Below, one piece after another: positions 23,131 to 36,100 of a DNA stretch of 64,000 bases. Within the stretch, counting starts at the first letter, position 1. Every line of letters starts with the position of its first letter. Source of the stretch: Mobula hypostoma. Lineage: Eukaryota. The stretch spans positions 33,420,001 through 33,484,000 of the forward strand of contig NC_086108.1 of assembly GCF_963921235.1 (NCBI RefSeq), in the 5' to 3' direction. The translations under genes and the position numbers were made by a program. The notes beneath the pieces were generated by a model. It saw only the letters and a program-made list of their open reading frames with translations, was not told where the DNA came from and made no database searches.

Positions 23131-24509
23131 CTGGTTCTAATGGCATAATCAATTGTCTTACTCCGACATGTGATCAGGTGGCAATAGGGTACTGCCGAGC
23201 TGGCACATTTATTGCTGCAGTGTTTGGTGAACAGTTTGGGCATGCAGTAACCACCCAGTGAGTGGAGGTGGAGGCTTGGAAAATTGTGGGAATACCATTG
23301 AAACTGCCACATTGCAATTGTGACATTAATTACCCTGAATTGTCTCTTCTGGAATTGTGGAATTATGTCCTGCCATTGTTGCCAGGCAACGGAACCTGGA
23401 AAAGACTCAAGATTTAGAGTCAACTCTTGAACAGAAGCTGCTTCAAATTTCGCATGCAATATAATCTGTTGCCAAATAAATGCAAAATCAGGAAATTAAA
23501 TTATGGATAAGTCAAATCAAAGGCCCTCCATTTGTAGCATCATGCAATTTTTGGCAGTTCAAGAAGACATGCCTCCACCTCTTCTAGTCAATAAATAGGG
23601 CCACAGCCTAATTGTGATATAAAATAGCTCAACACAGAGAAATAAAAAGAGAAAAACAAAACCAGCCGTCTCACAGCTTCCATCTTCTCTGCAACATGCA
23701 ACTAACTTGTTTTTCCTCTTTTCAAGTTCTGACAACTTGACATGTTAACTCTTTTTCTCTTTCCACAGACTTGATGAGTGTTTCCAGCACATTCTGGTTC
23801 TCTTTCAGTACATGTGAAAAGGTTTAATACTCTTTGAAGTATTTTCTTACTCCAGTGAGTCACATACAGTATTCTCCAGAGCACAGATAGAGCAATGTAA
23901 ACTTCTAGAAACAGATGATTTGGGTTGGGTGAGAGGCTAATAAAATTATTTTTGGTATATTGCAGAGTCCAAAGGATCAAGGTTGCCCTCCTGATACCAC
24001 AACTGTAGTCCACCTCTGCCCTGCAATCCCCTCCCAGATCTTTGTGATTGGTTCCTGGAATTGACACTGCCTTGACAAGTTATATGGGTACAAAATTCTC
24101 TCTAATTCTGGACTGAGAAAGAGGAGGGCAGGGGAATAGGAGAGGGAGGGTGAGAGCTAAATAGGATTGGGGAAAGCCAGAGGGTGGGGGAGAGAACTGG
24201 GGGAGGTGGAAGCGAGAGGGAAGGAAGTGAGAGGCCTCATGCAAAGGGATGCGAGAGTGTGTGTGAGGAGGGAGTAGTGAGAAAAGAGAGCAAAAAGAGA
24301 ATGGAAAAAAGAGAGACTTGATGCTCCATTTTCAGGAAACCAGATATCAACGAAAATGAAGTATTGAAGGATTAAAGAAGACTGAAACAATTAAAGAAAT
24401 GAAAGACTGAGGAAAATGAACACAGCAAGACTCAACACACGACAATGAGACATTTGATTAGAACATCACTTACTGTGAGTTAGCTGTAATGGCCAGGATA
24501 CTGTAAGTT

Positions 24510-24650
24510 TCAGCTGATCTTTTACGTCCATCCAAGAGGGAAAATGTGGCCCCAATTTAACATCTGAACTGAAGGAAAGCAGTATGGCACTGGTCTCAGC
24601 CCAGGATACCAGCTGTAACTGGAGCCTTCAATTAAAGCCTGAGCCAAGGC
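24510..24650 (-). mobile_element. Ancient Deu-domain SINE-like fragment (SacSINE/AmnSINE-like)
   Basis: CTTTTACGTCCATCCAAGAGGG..GGCCCCAATTTAACATCT resembles the reverse complement of the Deu-SINE body as I recall it. Confidence 0.4.
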
Positions 24651-25892
24651 CGTGGCGTTAAGTCTAGCGCTATAAATTAGAATACTAAGACCTAATTAAT
24701 AAAAGCCATGAAATAAGTATGTATTTCTTTCTTTTATATCTGCTTTCCCTTTGAGAATGGAGCTGAGGGAACTTAGCTTTATTGTTTAGTCAGCACTCTT
24801 TGGCCAACAACCTGAAGCAGTAATTACTTGCTGTGTTTGTATTCATCGGTGATTACGAACAGAGTGGCATAGTGTTTTCCACCGATGGGACTAGACCAGA
24901 CCAGCTGGCAGAGAAGGTATTTTTTTTTTGCTTGAACAGGCTGAATTCAACCCAGGATCCGGCTTTGAAAGAGCTTTGTGCCAATCCAGTTGAATGCGAT
25001 AATCATGACTTATATTAAAGAGAATTTATAAAGAGCAGGGGATTATATGATTTTCCTTGAATTGTGTTCCCTGTGTTTGACTTACAGAGACACAGAAAAA
25101 ACATTATTTGATTTAATTGGAGTGTCTGGGATTATTCTCCCTGACAGGTGAAAGGCAATCTGTGAGAGAAGTACTCAGGATGAAGGGGACTGGAACTAAC
25201 TGCTTAACTCTTTCAAAGAGCCTTTTTATTCACAATCCGCAGGTCCCCATTTTAGAGTTCACGCTTCCAAGGTCCCAAAAGAACAAAAGGTACAGTTTAC
25301 AAATAAATATTCTGACCTCTGCGTCATATGAGTGCCCGAAACACAAAGACCAATCAAATCATGCAATCCCTTCTTTGGGATATCGACTTGCTACAACAAA
25401 CATTCAGAACCAATATCCTTTATAGAGAATGAGGAAAATTTTCATTGGCCAGAGGTTGTTGAATCTGTAGAATTCATTGTCACAGACAGTTGTGGAAGTC
25501 AATTCATTAGGTATACTTAAGGCAGAGGTTGATAGGTTCCTGATTAGTAATGGTGTCAAAGGTTATAGGGCAAAGGCAGGAGAATGGGGTTGAGAGGGAA
25601 TATTAAATCAGCTATGGTCTAATGGCGGACCAGACTCGATGGGCCTAATGCTCTAATTCTATTGCTACATCTTATGATCCTCTGTTATTCATGTCACTAA
25701 CACAGAGCACCTCAGTAGTCCTTCCCACAATAATAATTGTAGAAATAAATTTTGCTGCATAATTTGGCATTTTGTGCTCTCCAACAGCCAGTCACTTATA
25801 CTGTAAAATTATAATTACATTAATTAGATTGTATATTTGAAATTTGAATGGGAATTGGAGTGAGCTGTACATTTGAATGGGAATTGGAGTGA

Positions 25893-26610
25893 GCAGGATA
25901 CTTGGTAGTGTGGAGGAGCAGAGGGATCTGGGGGTACATGTCCACAGATCCCTGAAAGTTGCCTCACAGATGGATAGCATAGATAAGAAAACTTATGGGG
26001 TGTTAGCTTTCATAAGTCGAGGGATAGAGTTTAAGAGTCGCGATGTAATGATGCAGCTCTATAAAACTCTGGTTAGGCCACACTTGGAGTACTGTGTCCA
26101 GTTCTGGTCATCTCACTATATGAAGGATGTGGAAGCATTGGAAAGGGTACAGAGGAGATTTACCAGGATGCTGCCTGGTTCAGAAAGTATGCATTATGAT
26201 CAGAGATTAAGGGAGCTAGGGCTTTACTCTTTGGAGAGAAGGAGGATGAGAGGAGACATGATAGAGGTGTACAAGATAATAAGAGGAATAGATAGAGTGG
26301 ATAGCCAGCGCCTCTTCCCCAGGGCACCACTGCTCAATACAAGAGGACATGGCTTTAAGGTAAGGGGTGGGAAGTTCAAGGGGGATATTAAAGGAAGGTT
26401 TTTTACTCAGAGAGTGGTTGGTGCGTGGAATGCACTACCTGAGTCAGTGGTGGAGGCAGATACACTAGTGAAGTTTAAGAGACTACTAGACAGGTATATG
26501 GAGGAATCTAAGGTGGGGGCTTATATGGGAGGCAGGGTTTGAGGGTCGGCACAATATTGTGGGCCAAAGGGCCTGTACTGTGCTTTACTGTTCTATGTTC
26601 TATGTTCTAT
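25893..26610 (+). mobile_element. 5'-truncated CR1, same young family as 16410-20682
   Basis: Nearly identical to 19970-20680. ORF2 C-terminus is open to 26542; (TTCTATG)n tail. Confidence 0.93.
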
Positions 26611-27087
26611 TAGGGTGGTCAAGGCAATGTAGTTTTGGGACAGAATTTTCACTTTCCTCTCAACTGAAATCAATTTATTTCCGTGAAGGAAGGGAAATAT
26701 GTCTGGTATAATATCAGGCAAGAAATCTCACCAGCGGATAAGACCTAATCCGGAGCACAGCAAATAGATTCACAAATCACTTCACATAAGATGAAGGTTT
26801 GAAGATACCCGCAAGGGTGGGACTAGAATGCTATCACTGGAAGTATTCTTAGTAATCCCCAGTGGCTGAGGAGTTAATAGGGTGGTTATGTTGAATAGCT
26901 TCCACTGGGATTCCAGTGATGCTAAGATTATGCTCAGTTGTGAAGTCTTTAATGATTGGTCATCAATAATTGGACTTGTATTATTAAGGGTCATCTTTAC
27001 AAAGGCTGTTGGAATTGTTGCTGCAGTTACTGATCCATAGGATAAGTATGGCCATAAAAGGATAGAACTGGAGGAAATTTCAAAATG

Positions 27088-27468
27088 AGAGGCCTTCCAC
27101 TGGCCAGGTCGACCATGGATGTTGCGTCCTAGTTGTTTATGTTCAGTCGATACGCAAACCAGTATAGTACGATGTGGAGAGCAAGCTGTTGCCCATGTAG
27201 CAGGCTCCCCCTCTCCATGCAGCTGATGAATCCAAAGGAATGGCAGAGACTGATACAATTTGGCACCAGTGGCATCGGTGGAGTTGCCAGTCAGCATTGA
27301 ATTCATTGCAAAACTGCTTTAGAGACTCCAGCTCCAAGTTTTCCCTCAGGATTTACTCCCAAAGCCTTCCCCATGAGTGGGTATAGCTGCAAGGCAGAGG
27401 AGGTTTGAAATCAGAGTTTTCCTTCTCCAAGATGTGCTGCCAACCACGACTGACGAGCCCCATCTGCC
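27088..27468 (-). mobile_element. Non-autonomous repeat resembling an RTE 5' UTR
   Basis: The minus strand begins GGGCAGATGGGGCTCGTCAG..TTGGCAGC..GGAGAAGGAAAACTCTGATTTCAAACC, a motif I recall from RTE leaders. Confidence 0.45.
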
Positions 27469-27959
27469 CATTGCAAAATAAAAGTTTATACTGAACAGAA
27501 ATATCACACTGCACTTTCTCTGTAACTGCAATATTTTATTCCGCATTCTGTTAATATTTTGCCTCAATGCACTGTTATAATGAATTGACGTGCGTGGACA
27601 GTGAGCAAGACAAGTTTTCCACTGCACCTCAGTACATGTGACAATACTACATATTCATGTTACGTGTCAGCAGACGTGGGAAAGGGTAGAATGGTGATTA
27701 GGAAGAAGCTTAGCTCCTTCCAGTGCAAGTTTCTGCTCTTCCTAATGTCTCAAGATAGGAAGGCTTTGGAATATCAAAGTAAACAGAGCAGGGAATAAGA
27801 GACATCGATGACCTCTCGAGGAAGGTAGAGACATGATAGGTCTGTTCCTGGAAGGAGGGCCTCTAGAGACAGGAAAGAGGAAAGAGATAAAGGAAAGAGA
27901 TGATCTCTGAAGGGCAGAGAGGATGAGGGATATATATATATAAAATTCCAGTGAATTGG

Positions 27960-28345
27960 ACCATTTTACTTTTTGCAGGAAGTACAGAAGCCTTCAGTCC
28001 AACAGACCACCAGGTTCAGGAACAGCTATTACCCTACAACAATCAGGATTCTGAACTGTGTTTGATGCTTTCACTCACCCCAACTCTGAACTGACTCTAC
28101 CATCTACAGACTCAATTTCAAGTTCAACTCTTTACAACTCATGTACTTTGTATTTTTTAATTTGCACAATTTGTCTTCTTTTTCACATTAGTTGTTTGTC
28201 AGTCTTTGCTTACGTATAGTTTTTTAAAAATTCTGTTGTATTTATTCAGTTTTTTCTGTAAATGCCTACAAGAAAATGAATATCAAGGTAATACAGTATA
28301 TCGTAACATACTATATATACTTTGATAATAAATTTACTTTGAACT
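27960..28345 (+). mobile_element. Rex1-like 3' UTR fragment (similar pieces at about 31260-31600 on +, and 40920-41090, 42650-42850, 56767-57055, 60340-60670, 63330-63500 on -)
   Basis: CAGGAAGTACAGAAGCC..CAGGTTCAGGAACAGCT..TGATAATAAATTTACTTTGAACTT. Confidence 0.55.
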
Positions 28346-29970
28346 TAATTGAAATATCATACCTCATTTCCAAAATACATATGAAAAGGTAAAGCTTAGG
28401 AAAGGTGTATGGACCACAATATTATGACAAGCAGCCCACTTCTCCCCTCGAGATGAATGAATCATCATATGAAAACATTTCTGTTTTGTCTGAAAGTAGA
28501 CGAGTGCAAGTGATTTCAGTTCAGCAAGGACCTTGCGCACACTTGGATTTAGTTGGTGTTTACATTCAATCGGAAGAACGCAGCAGCATACACTGGATGA
28601 AATCCTCTGTTGATAACCATTAGGAACTAATATGCAGTGTTATAGTACTGCAGAGGCATTAGTAGTGTTCTAATTTGTTCTGCATTTCATTTAAGTTTAC
28701 TCTGAATTTATTCCCACCACTAATTGATGTGAGCTATTCCGGCAAATTAACCACATCACCACCACTGTTCCTCCAAGATTATGCAGTTAGATTTAGGAAT
28801 TCTTTATACCAGGCCTAAGTAGCAAATGATTTTGAACAACTTAATTTTACACTTAAGATTAAATGGGTAGAAAATTGTCAGTTTTTTCTACCTTTCCAGC
28901 TTTATGTTGCTATATTTATGTGTGAGGAGAGGATATTAAATATTGTAAGGTCCAATAGTTCTTTGCTTTGCAGATTTCCAGCATGGAAAATCATGCACAC
29001 ATTAAAAGCTCTTGCTATCTAAACTGCCATTGCCTCAGTTCCAGAAGCTCAGAGACTGGACCGACAATGAAGCATCAATTAATTAGGTTTGGGTTCATTA
29101 CAGGTTGTTCTGTAGTCAATAATGATTGGACAATTTATAAAAAGCAACCAGCGCTGTGCTTTTGACCATCTTGGATTATTACACTATGATTATAATAAGG
29201 ACTAAAACAGGACAAGGCAGCAAACAACATTCATGTGGAATATTTTTATTTTTTAAAATGAATTCTTTTGCAGGCTTGATTAAAACAATAGTTATGTCAT
29301 CATCTGAAATAATAGAAGGCAGCTGCAAATAATTGATGCATTTCCTTGAACTTTTATCCCATGTTCTGCCTACCCTTGCTATCTGCAGGGGGAGTGAGCA
29401 AATGAGATGACGTTCAAACAGAGGAGTTTTTTTCTGCTGTCATTAACAGAGCCATCAATAGCACTCAGTAGTGTGTAGACAGATAACATGAAAGGTAGGT
29501 AATCCATCAAGATCTGTATGGGAAGGAAATTTAAGGAATTTGAAAATAATTTAAAAGGACTCTTGAGAAATGGCTGAGGGTGGGGTGGTTGAGAAAGCAC
29601 TGTGGAAATTAGGAAGCCCACATAGGGAGGATGAGATGGCAGTGGCAGAGGACAAGAGGACAGACCAAATCCGTGAGTCCTTGTTTTGGAATTTGAGGTC
29701 GAGGATGGGAAGAGGTGGAGAGAAACATATTTGATGTATTTTGGGCAAACAGGACTTTGGGTTGGTCAGCAAAATCTCAAAGTAGCAGAAGGAATTTGCT
29801 GTAGAATATGGTCACATCAGATCCAGGAGGAAAAATTTAGATTAGGAGAAAGTCCAGACTTATTCCCCCCCGCCCCCCCCCCCCCGACTCCTCCACTGAG
29901 AACAATCTTCCATTGTTCAGGGCTTTGAGTGAATCAGATGATTCACTCTCATATGGATACCTGTGGTTGA

Positions 29971-30622
29971 ATTATTATTATTATGATTATGAAGACACGC
30001 AGTCCCCTTTTATTGTCGTTTAGTAATGCATGCATTAAGAAACGTTAAAAATGTTTTTCCAGAATGATATCACGAAAACACATGACAAACTGACTTAAAA
30101 ACTAACAAAAAACACATAATTATAACATATAGTTACAACAGTGCAAAGCAGTACCGTAATTTGATAAGTACAGACCATGGCACAGTAAAAGTCACAAAGT
30201 CTCTCGAAAGTCCCATCATCTCATGCAGATGGTAAACCTCCAGCGCCGCCAACTTGCCGATGCAGCATCCCGGAGGCATCCGACCACAGTCCGACTCCGA
30301 GTCCGTCCGAAAACTCCGAGCCTCCGACCACCTCTTTGACACCGAGCACCGAGCACCATCTCTGCCGAGCATTTCGACCCGGCCCCAGTAACTGGTGATA
30401 CACAAAGCCGAGGATTTGGGCCCTTCGTCTCCGGAGATTCTCGATCGCACAGTAGCAGCGGCAGCAAAGCAGGCATTTCAGAAGTAACTCCAGATGTTCC
30501 TCTGCGCTTCTCACGGCTGTCTCCATCAAATCCGGATTGTGCACGGCCCCTAGTTAAACATATCGATATTCATTCGGAACGGCCGTGCGCACTGCGGCGC
30601 GCCGCCATCTTCACCTCCCTCC
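29971..30622 (-). mobile_element. Family A repeat, complete copy
   Basis: Colinear with 5121-5803; ends GCCGCCATCTT on the plus strand; ATT-rich tail. Confidence 0.85.
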
Positions 30623-31157
30623 TTCCCGATTTGTAAGAATTACAAATCTTCATAAGAGCAAGCAGAGATTAGTGGCACCGAATAATTTCCTGCATGGTAA
30701 ACCAAGTAGCAGGAACTTGATTCTTGGCTCACCTCAAGTATTAATCTATATTAAGCATTCATTACTTTCATGCTTGCTTGAATGCATGTCAGAGATTAAG
30801 AGAGAAAAGTAACATATCTTCTTGGTAAATGCAATAGGTTAGCAGAGGGGTGGGTAGGTTGGATATACTGTAGGACTCCACTATCCATGATGCCTTTTTT
30901 GCTTTCAGGAGAGATTAGCCTCTTTATTCTCTCACAACTGGAAAGTTCCTCAAACTGCCAAGCCAATTTTCATGGGTGTCTAACAGCCTTTAGCATCTTG
31001 AAATTACCCAGAGATTTGACTATGGGCCAACCAAGTCATATCCAGTGCTGTCTTCAATTAATGACACTCCTGCAGAGATTCATAAATCTGCCAACAGGAA
31101 TTAGAAACTTGTTTCTCCACCATTAATCCATTGGGCAATAGGTTGACTCCTCTACAT

Positions 31158-31237
31158 CAGGGGTTCCCAGCCTTTTTTACGCCATGGACTCCTACCATTA
31201 ACAGACGGCTCTGTGGACCCCAGGGTGGGAACCCTTG
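31158..31237. mobile_element. 80-bp hAT (Charlie-like) MITE
   Basis: TIRs CAGGGGTTCCCA / TGGGAACCCTTG; 8-bp TSD CTCTACAT / TTCTACAT. Confidence 0.85.
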
Positions 31238-31918
31238 TTCTACATGGTCACAAATTAGATAACAGTTATTACCACTCCATCATCAAAGGGGATAACTTCA
31301 CTCAACTTCACTTGCTCCATCATTGAAATGTTCCCAAAACCTATGGACTCACTTTCAAGGACTCTTCACCTCATGTTTTCAATATTTATTGATCATTATT
31401 TCTTTCTTTTTCTATTTGCACAATTCGTAGTCTTTTGCACACCGGTTGAACGGCCAAGTTGGTACGGTCTGCCATTGATTCTGTTATGGTTATCATTCTA
31501 TGCATTCATTGAGTATGCCCATGAGACTTTGAGTCTCAGGGTTGAATATGGTGACATAAACAGTGTATGCTTTGACAGTAAATTTACTTTGAACTTTGAA
31601 GTCTGGGGCAATGCTGTTCAGCCTTTTAAAAGACAGAAATAGATTTTCCTGCCTATAAGACCTCCCCTTATCTTCCAGATGCAAGATGCTGAGTAAGTCT
31701 CATTTTATACTGAATGCTAAATTAAGAGGCTCATTCACCAAACATCTTGTACAATGCTCCAAAGAGATGTAAGTAATAATCAAAAACTGTTAAAAAGGAT
31801 GAAAAACTGGGTGAATCCTCAAAAACAATGACTAATGTTGATGGCCCTGAGTGACTAGTGTAAAGCTTTTCAAATGCACCATATTTCATTCAGCAGAACA
31901 GATTTTGATGTGAATTAT

Positions 31919-33122
31919 CATAGAAACATAGAAAACCTACAGCACAATACAGGCCTTTCAGCCCATGAAGTTGTGCCGAACATGTCCCTACCTTAGAAAT
32001 TACTAGGGGTACCCATAGCCCTCTATTTTTCTAGGCTCCATGTACCTATCCAAAAGTCTCTTAAAAGACCCTATTGTATCTGTCTCCACTGCCGTTGCCG
32101 GCAGCCCATTCCACGCACTCACCACACTCTGCGTAAAAAACTTACCTCTGACATCTCCTCTGTACCTACTCCCAAGAACCTTAAACCTGCGCCCTCTTGT
32201 GGCAGCCATTTCAGCCCTGGGAAAAAGCCTCTGACGATCCACACGTTCAATGCCTTTCATCATCTTATACGCCTCTATCAGGTCACCTCTCATCCTCCGT
32301 CGCTCCAAGGAAAAAAGGCCGAGTTCACTCAACCTGTTTTCATAAGGCATGCTCCCAATCCAGGCAACATCCTTGTAAATCTCCTCTGCACCCTTTCTAT
32401 GGTTTCCATATCCTTCCTGTAGTGAAGCGACCAGAACTGAGCACAGTACTCCAAGTGGGGTCTGACCAGGGTCCTATATAGCTGCAACATTACCTCTCAG
32501 CTCCTAAATTCAGTTCCACGATTGATGAAGGCCAATACACTGTATGCTTTCTTAACCACAGAGTCAACCTGCACAGCTGCTTTGAGCGTCCTATGGACTT
32601 GGACCCCATGATCCCTCTGATCCTCCACACTGCCAAGAGTCTTACCATTAATAATATATTCTGCCATCATATTTGACCTACCAAAATGAACCACTTCACA
32701 CTTATCTGGGTGGAACTGCATCTGCCACTTCTCAGCCCAATTTTGCATCCTATCAATGTCCTGCTGTAACCTCTGTCAGCCCTCCACACTATCCACAACA
32801 CCCTTTGTATCATCAGAAACTTACTAACCCATCCCACCATTTCCCCCTCCAGGTCATTTATAAAAATCATGAAGAGTAAGGGTCCCAGAACGATCCCTGA
32901 GGCACAACATTGGTGACCGACCTCCATGCAGAATATGACCCCTCTACAACCACTCTTCGCCTTTTGTGGGCAAGCCAGTTCTGGATCCGCAAAGCAATGA
33001 CCCTTGGATCCCATGCCTCCTTACTTTCTCAATAAGCCTTGCATGGGCTACCTTATCAAATGCCTTGCTGAAATCCATTAACACTACATCTACTGCTCTT
33101 CCTTCATCAATGTGTTTAGTCA
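31919..33122 (-). mobile_element. 5'-truncated CR1 (RT to 3' tail)
   Basis: Minus-strand peptides DFSKAFDKV, WAEKWQMQF and ELGLFSLERRRMRGDLIE; tail catagaaacatagaaa. Confidence 0.9.
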
Positions 33123-36100
33123 TGATCAATAGTTAAAACAGGAAAAGCTGAAAACACAGGCGGCAACTGTGGAAAAAGCAAGTTAATGTTTCAGTTAAAG
33201 CGACCTGAAACTTTAACTCTCTTTCTTAATCCACAGATGCTACCTGACCCGATGAGTGCTCCTAGCATTTTCTGTTTTTATTTCAGACTTCCAGCATCTG
33301 CAGTTTTTGTTTAATTTACATATTGTGCTTGATATCTGCTTTTTTCCCCACCCACTGTAGTTTTTTGTGTGTCTGTCTTTGTGTCATCATTCTGAGGCAG
33401 ATGCAGAATAAGCCTTCGAGATCAAGCGTAGCAACATTCCTGTGCACACGTCAAAGCAATAAGGAAGTTCTTGATGTTTTAGACTGGTGTTGCCTGACAA
33501 TACAAAGTCAGTAATCTCTCAGTAATTCAGTTATGGAAAGTTAGGTCACATCTATAGTTGAGATATTTCAAGAATTTGAAGGGTGCTGCATTTTCCAATG
33601 TGAAAAAAAACTTTCCCATAACAAGCAAGCATGCAAAATGTTGAAGTCTATTACTGTAGAGCATGAAATAGTGCAGCACCTGGAAATGGATCTTCATTCC
33701 ATGATATTGTACCAAACTAATTAAACTAGTATTTAAAAGCCTAAGCAAACTAACCCCTTTTACCTATACAATGCTCAGATCTGTCTATTTTCTGCACATT
33801 CTCATGTTTACATTTATCTATGTCCACCACCAGCCCTGGCAGTGCATTCCAGATACCCACCACTCTCTATGCAAAAAATTTGCCTTGTGCATCTCATTTG
33901 AATCTTCCCTCTCTCCTTAAATGCATGCCCTCTAGTGTAGGATATTTTGACCTTGGGGGAAAAAGATACCAGCTGCTTAATCTATGTCTTTCTTAATCTT
34001 ATAAACTTGTATCAGGTCTCCCCTCAGCCTCTGACACACCACAGGAACAAACAGCTCAAGGGCCATAAGAGGGTAAGTGGGCAACCAAAGAGTAGGGTGC
34101 ACACTCTATATGTACTCGACCTACACACAATCTGTTGGAAGGACTCAGCAGGTCAGACAACACTGGTGGAAGAAGAGACACAGCAGTATTTCAGGTCAGA
34201 CCTCTGCATCAGGACTGAAAGTGGAGAGGCAAGGTGGCCAGGGAAAAGAGGGGAAAAGGGAGCAGCAAGACAGGACTCAGCGGCAACCTGAGACTGTGAG
34301 TGTTGTAAGATGACACCCGGGTAGGAGACATGAGTTGGGGTGGAGTCGAAAGACTGTGGCAGGTGAATGACAGATGGAGGCAAGCAGAGAGAGAGAAAGA
34401 GAGAAAAGGGAAAAAACAGATGGAGCAAGGTGGGGGAGGGGAGTGTGAAGATCAGAGACAGCTACTGGAGGGAGATAAGCAGGAACACAGGTGCTGGATT
34501 CTGATAAGTAAAACAAGAGGGAATGAATCTACCTCCCAATGTATTAGAAGAGCAAATGCATAATTGCTTCATACTAAGGTTTTTGAGGAAATTGAAATAT
34601 TGAGGGAAAATGTCTGTGGGTTCAATGCACCTTTTCCAAAGTAAGCACAGGAGAGCTCTCAGACATCCAACAGGGCAGACCTCAGTTGAGGATTCCCAGG
34701 CTGAGACCCTGCCACTGATGCCAAGGTTGTACCTGTTTGTGTCCCAAGGGTTTGCTAGCAGCATCTGCTATCACCCTTCTGCAAGCTGGCATGATGCTAG
34801 CCGGGCTCTCCTGTTGAGCCTCTCTGCTTTTCATAACCTCAGGTCAAGGCCCTGTCCAATGACATCCATGTGAGCCCTACTGGACCCCAAGCAGGAACTA
34901 GGCACGAGGCCTAAGAAATGTTACCTTTTACTATTGTATCCAAGCAATTAGTTTCAATAATCAAGTCATCACTAAAGGAAGAAAGAACATGTATTTATAC
35001 TGTGCTTTTAGTATGCTTGAAAGATTACTTTTGAAGTGTGGGCACTGTTTTAATGCGAAGGAGCAAAAATGCCTGTGCTGACACCTGTCCCACCTCCAAC
35101 ATCTTGATGCACATAACCCATATGATAAGGTGCTGTTGTCTGGCCAATCACTACTACCCTGTCCCTCACAAGAACTGTAGAGTGCACACTCTATTTATAC
35201 ACCATTACTATTTGACTTTTTATTATAATCTGTAAACATAAAATAGACATTTTTGACAAATTTGCTCCTTATTAATAATGATTTGATATGGGATTAGATA
35301 CTCAGTTAGGCCTCAGCAAAACAGTGTTTTCAATGTGTAGTACAGAAAGACTAGCTTGCAGATACCTGAAATAATTGCCAAAAGAGCTGAATTTGCCTAT
35401 TTTTTTACTGGAAGCAGTGCTTCTTTGAAAGGGAACTGAATCACAGACAGAAACCTTGGGATTTTTGCATTAAACAACAAAAGCACAGAAATCCTAGAGG
35501 TGCTGTCAGTTTTAATACAAAATTCAGATCCATGTCTTGGGCAAGATACCCTGCTTTGGCACTCCCTCAAATCATCAAAATTGGTCTTAATATTCCCAGC
35601 TATAGTTGATAAAAACAGAAAAAGTCAGCGACCTGACAGCAGTGAAGATAACCAGAAGACGCAACAGAAATTGGGTTACAAACCAAACATGCAGCGGATT
35701 GTGTGAAAAGAAATTAACATTTCACTGCAGAAATGGTAATGTGAAAGCCTGAACTAGTCTGTAAATAGAGTAAGAGTTGCTGTTTCTGTGGTTACTGGCA
35801 AAATCATCTGTTGGATTTCAGAGCCACCTAAGGAGCACATGATACAAAATTAGAATTCGCCATTTCTAGAGCAGTACAGAGTATCACCAACAGAAACAGT
35901 GATCGGAATGAAAAGGAAGCATGAGGAAGATGAGGACTTCATGAATGAATCTTTTCAATGCTGCATTCAGGGACGGCACTGAATCAAGTGGATGGACACC
36001 CTGGTCATCTGTTTCGCAAGAGGGGCCCTGCTCATCTTTAGAGCACATATTTGTCAGAGCTTTTTAGAAATGATTTACAACTTAATCCAAGTGCTACTAT

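Noticed and set aside
26782..27306. 174-aa minus-strand ORF
   Set aside because: It straddles a repeat boundary, has a non-ATG start and shows no recognisable motifs.
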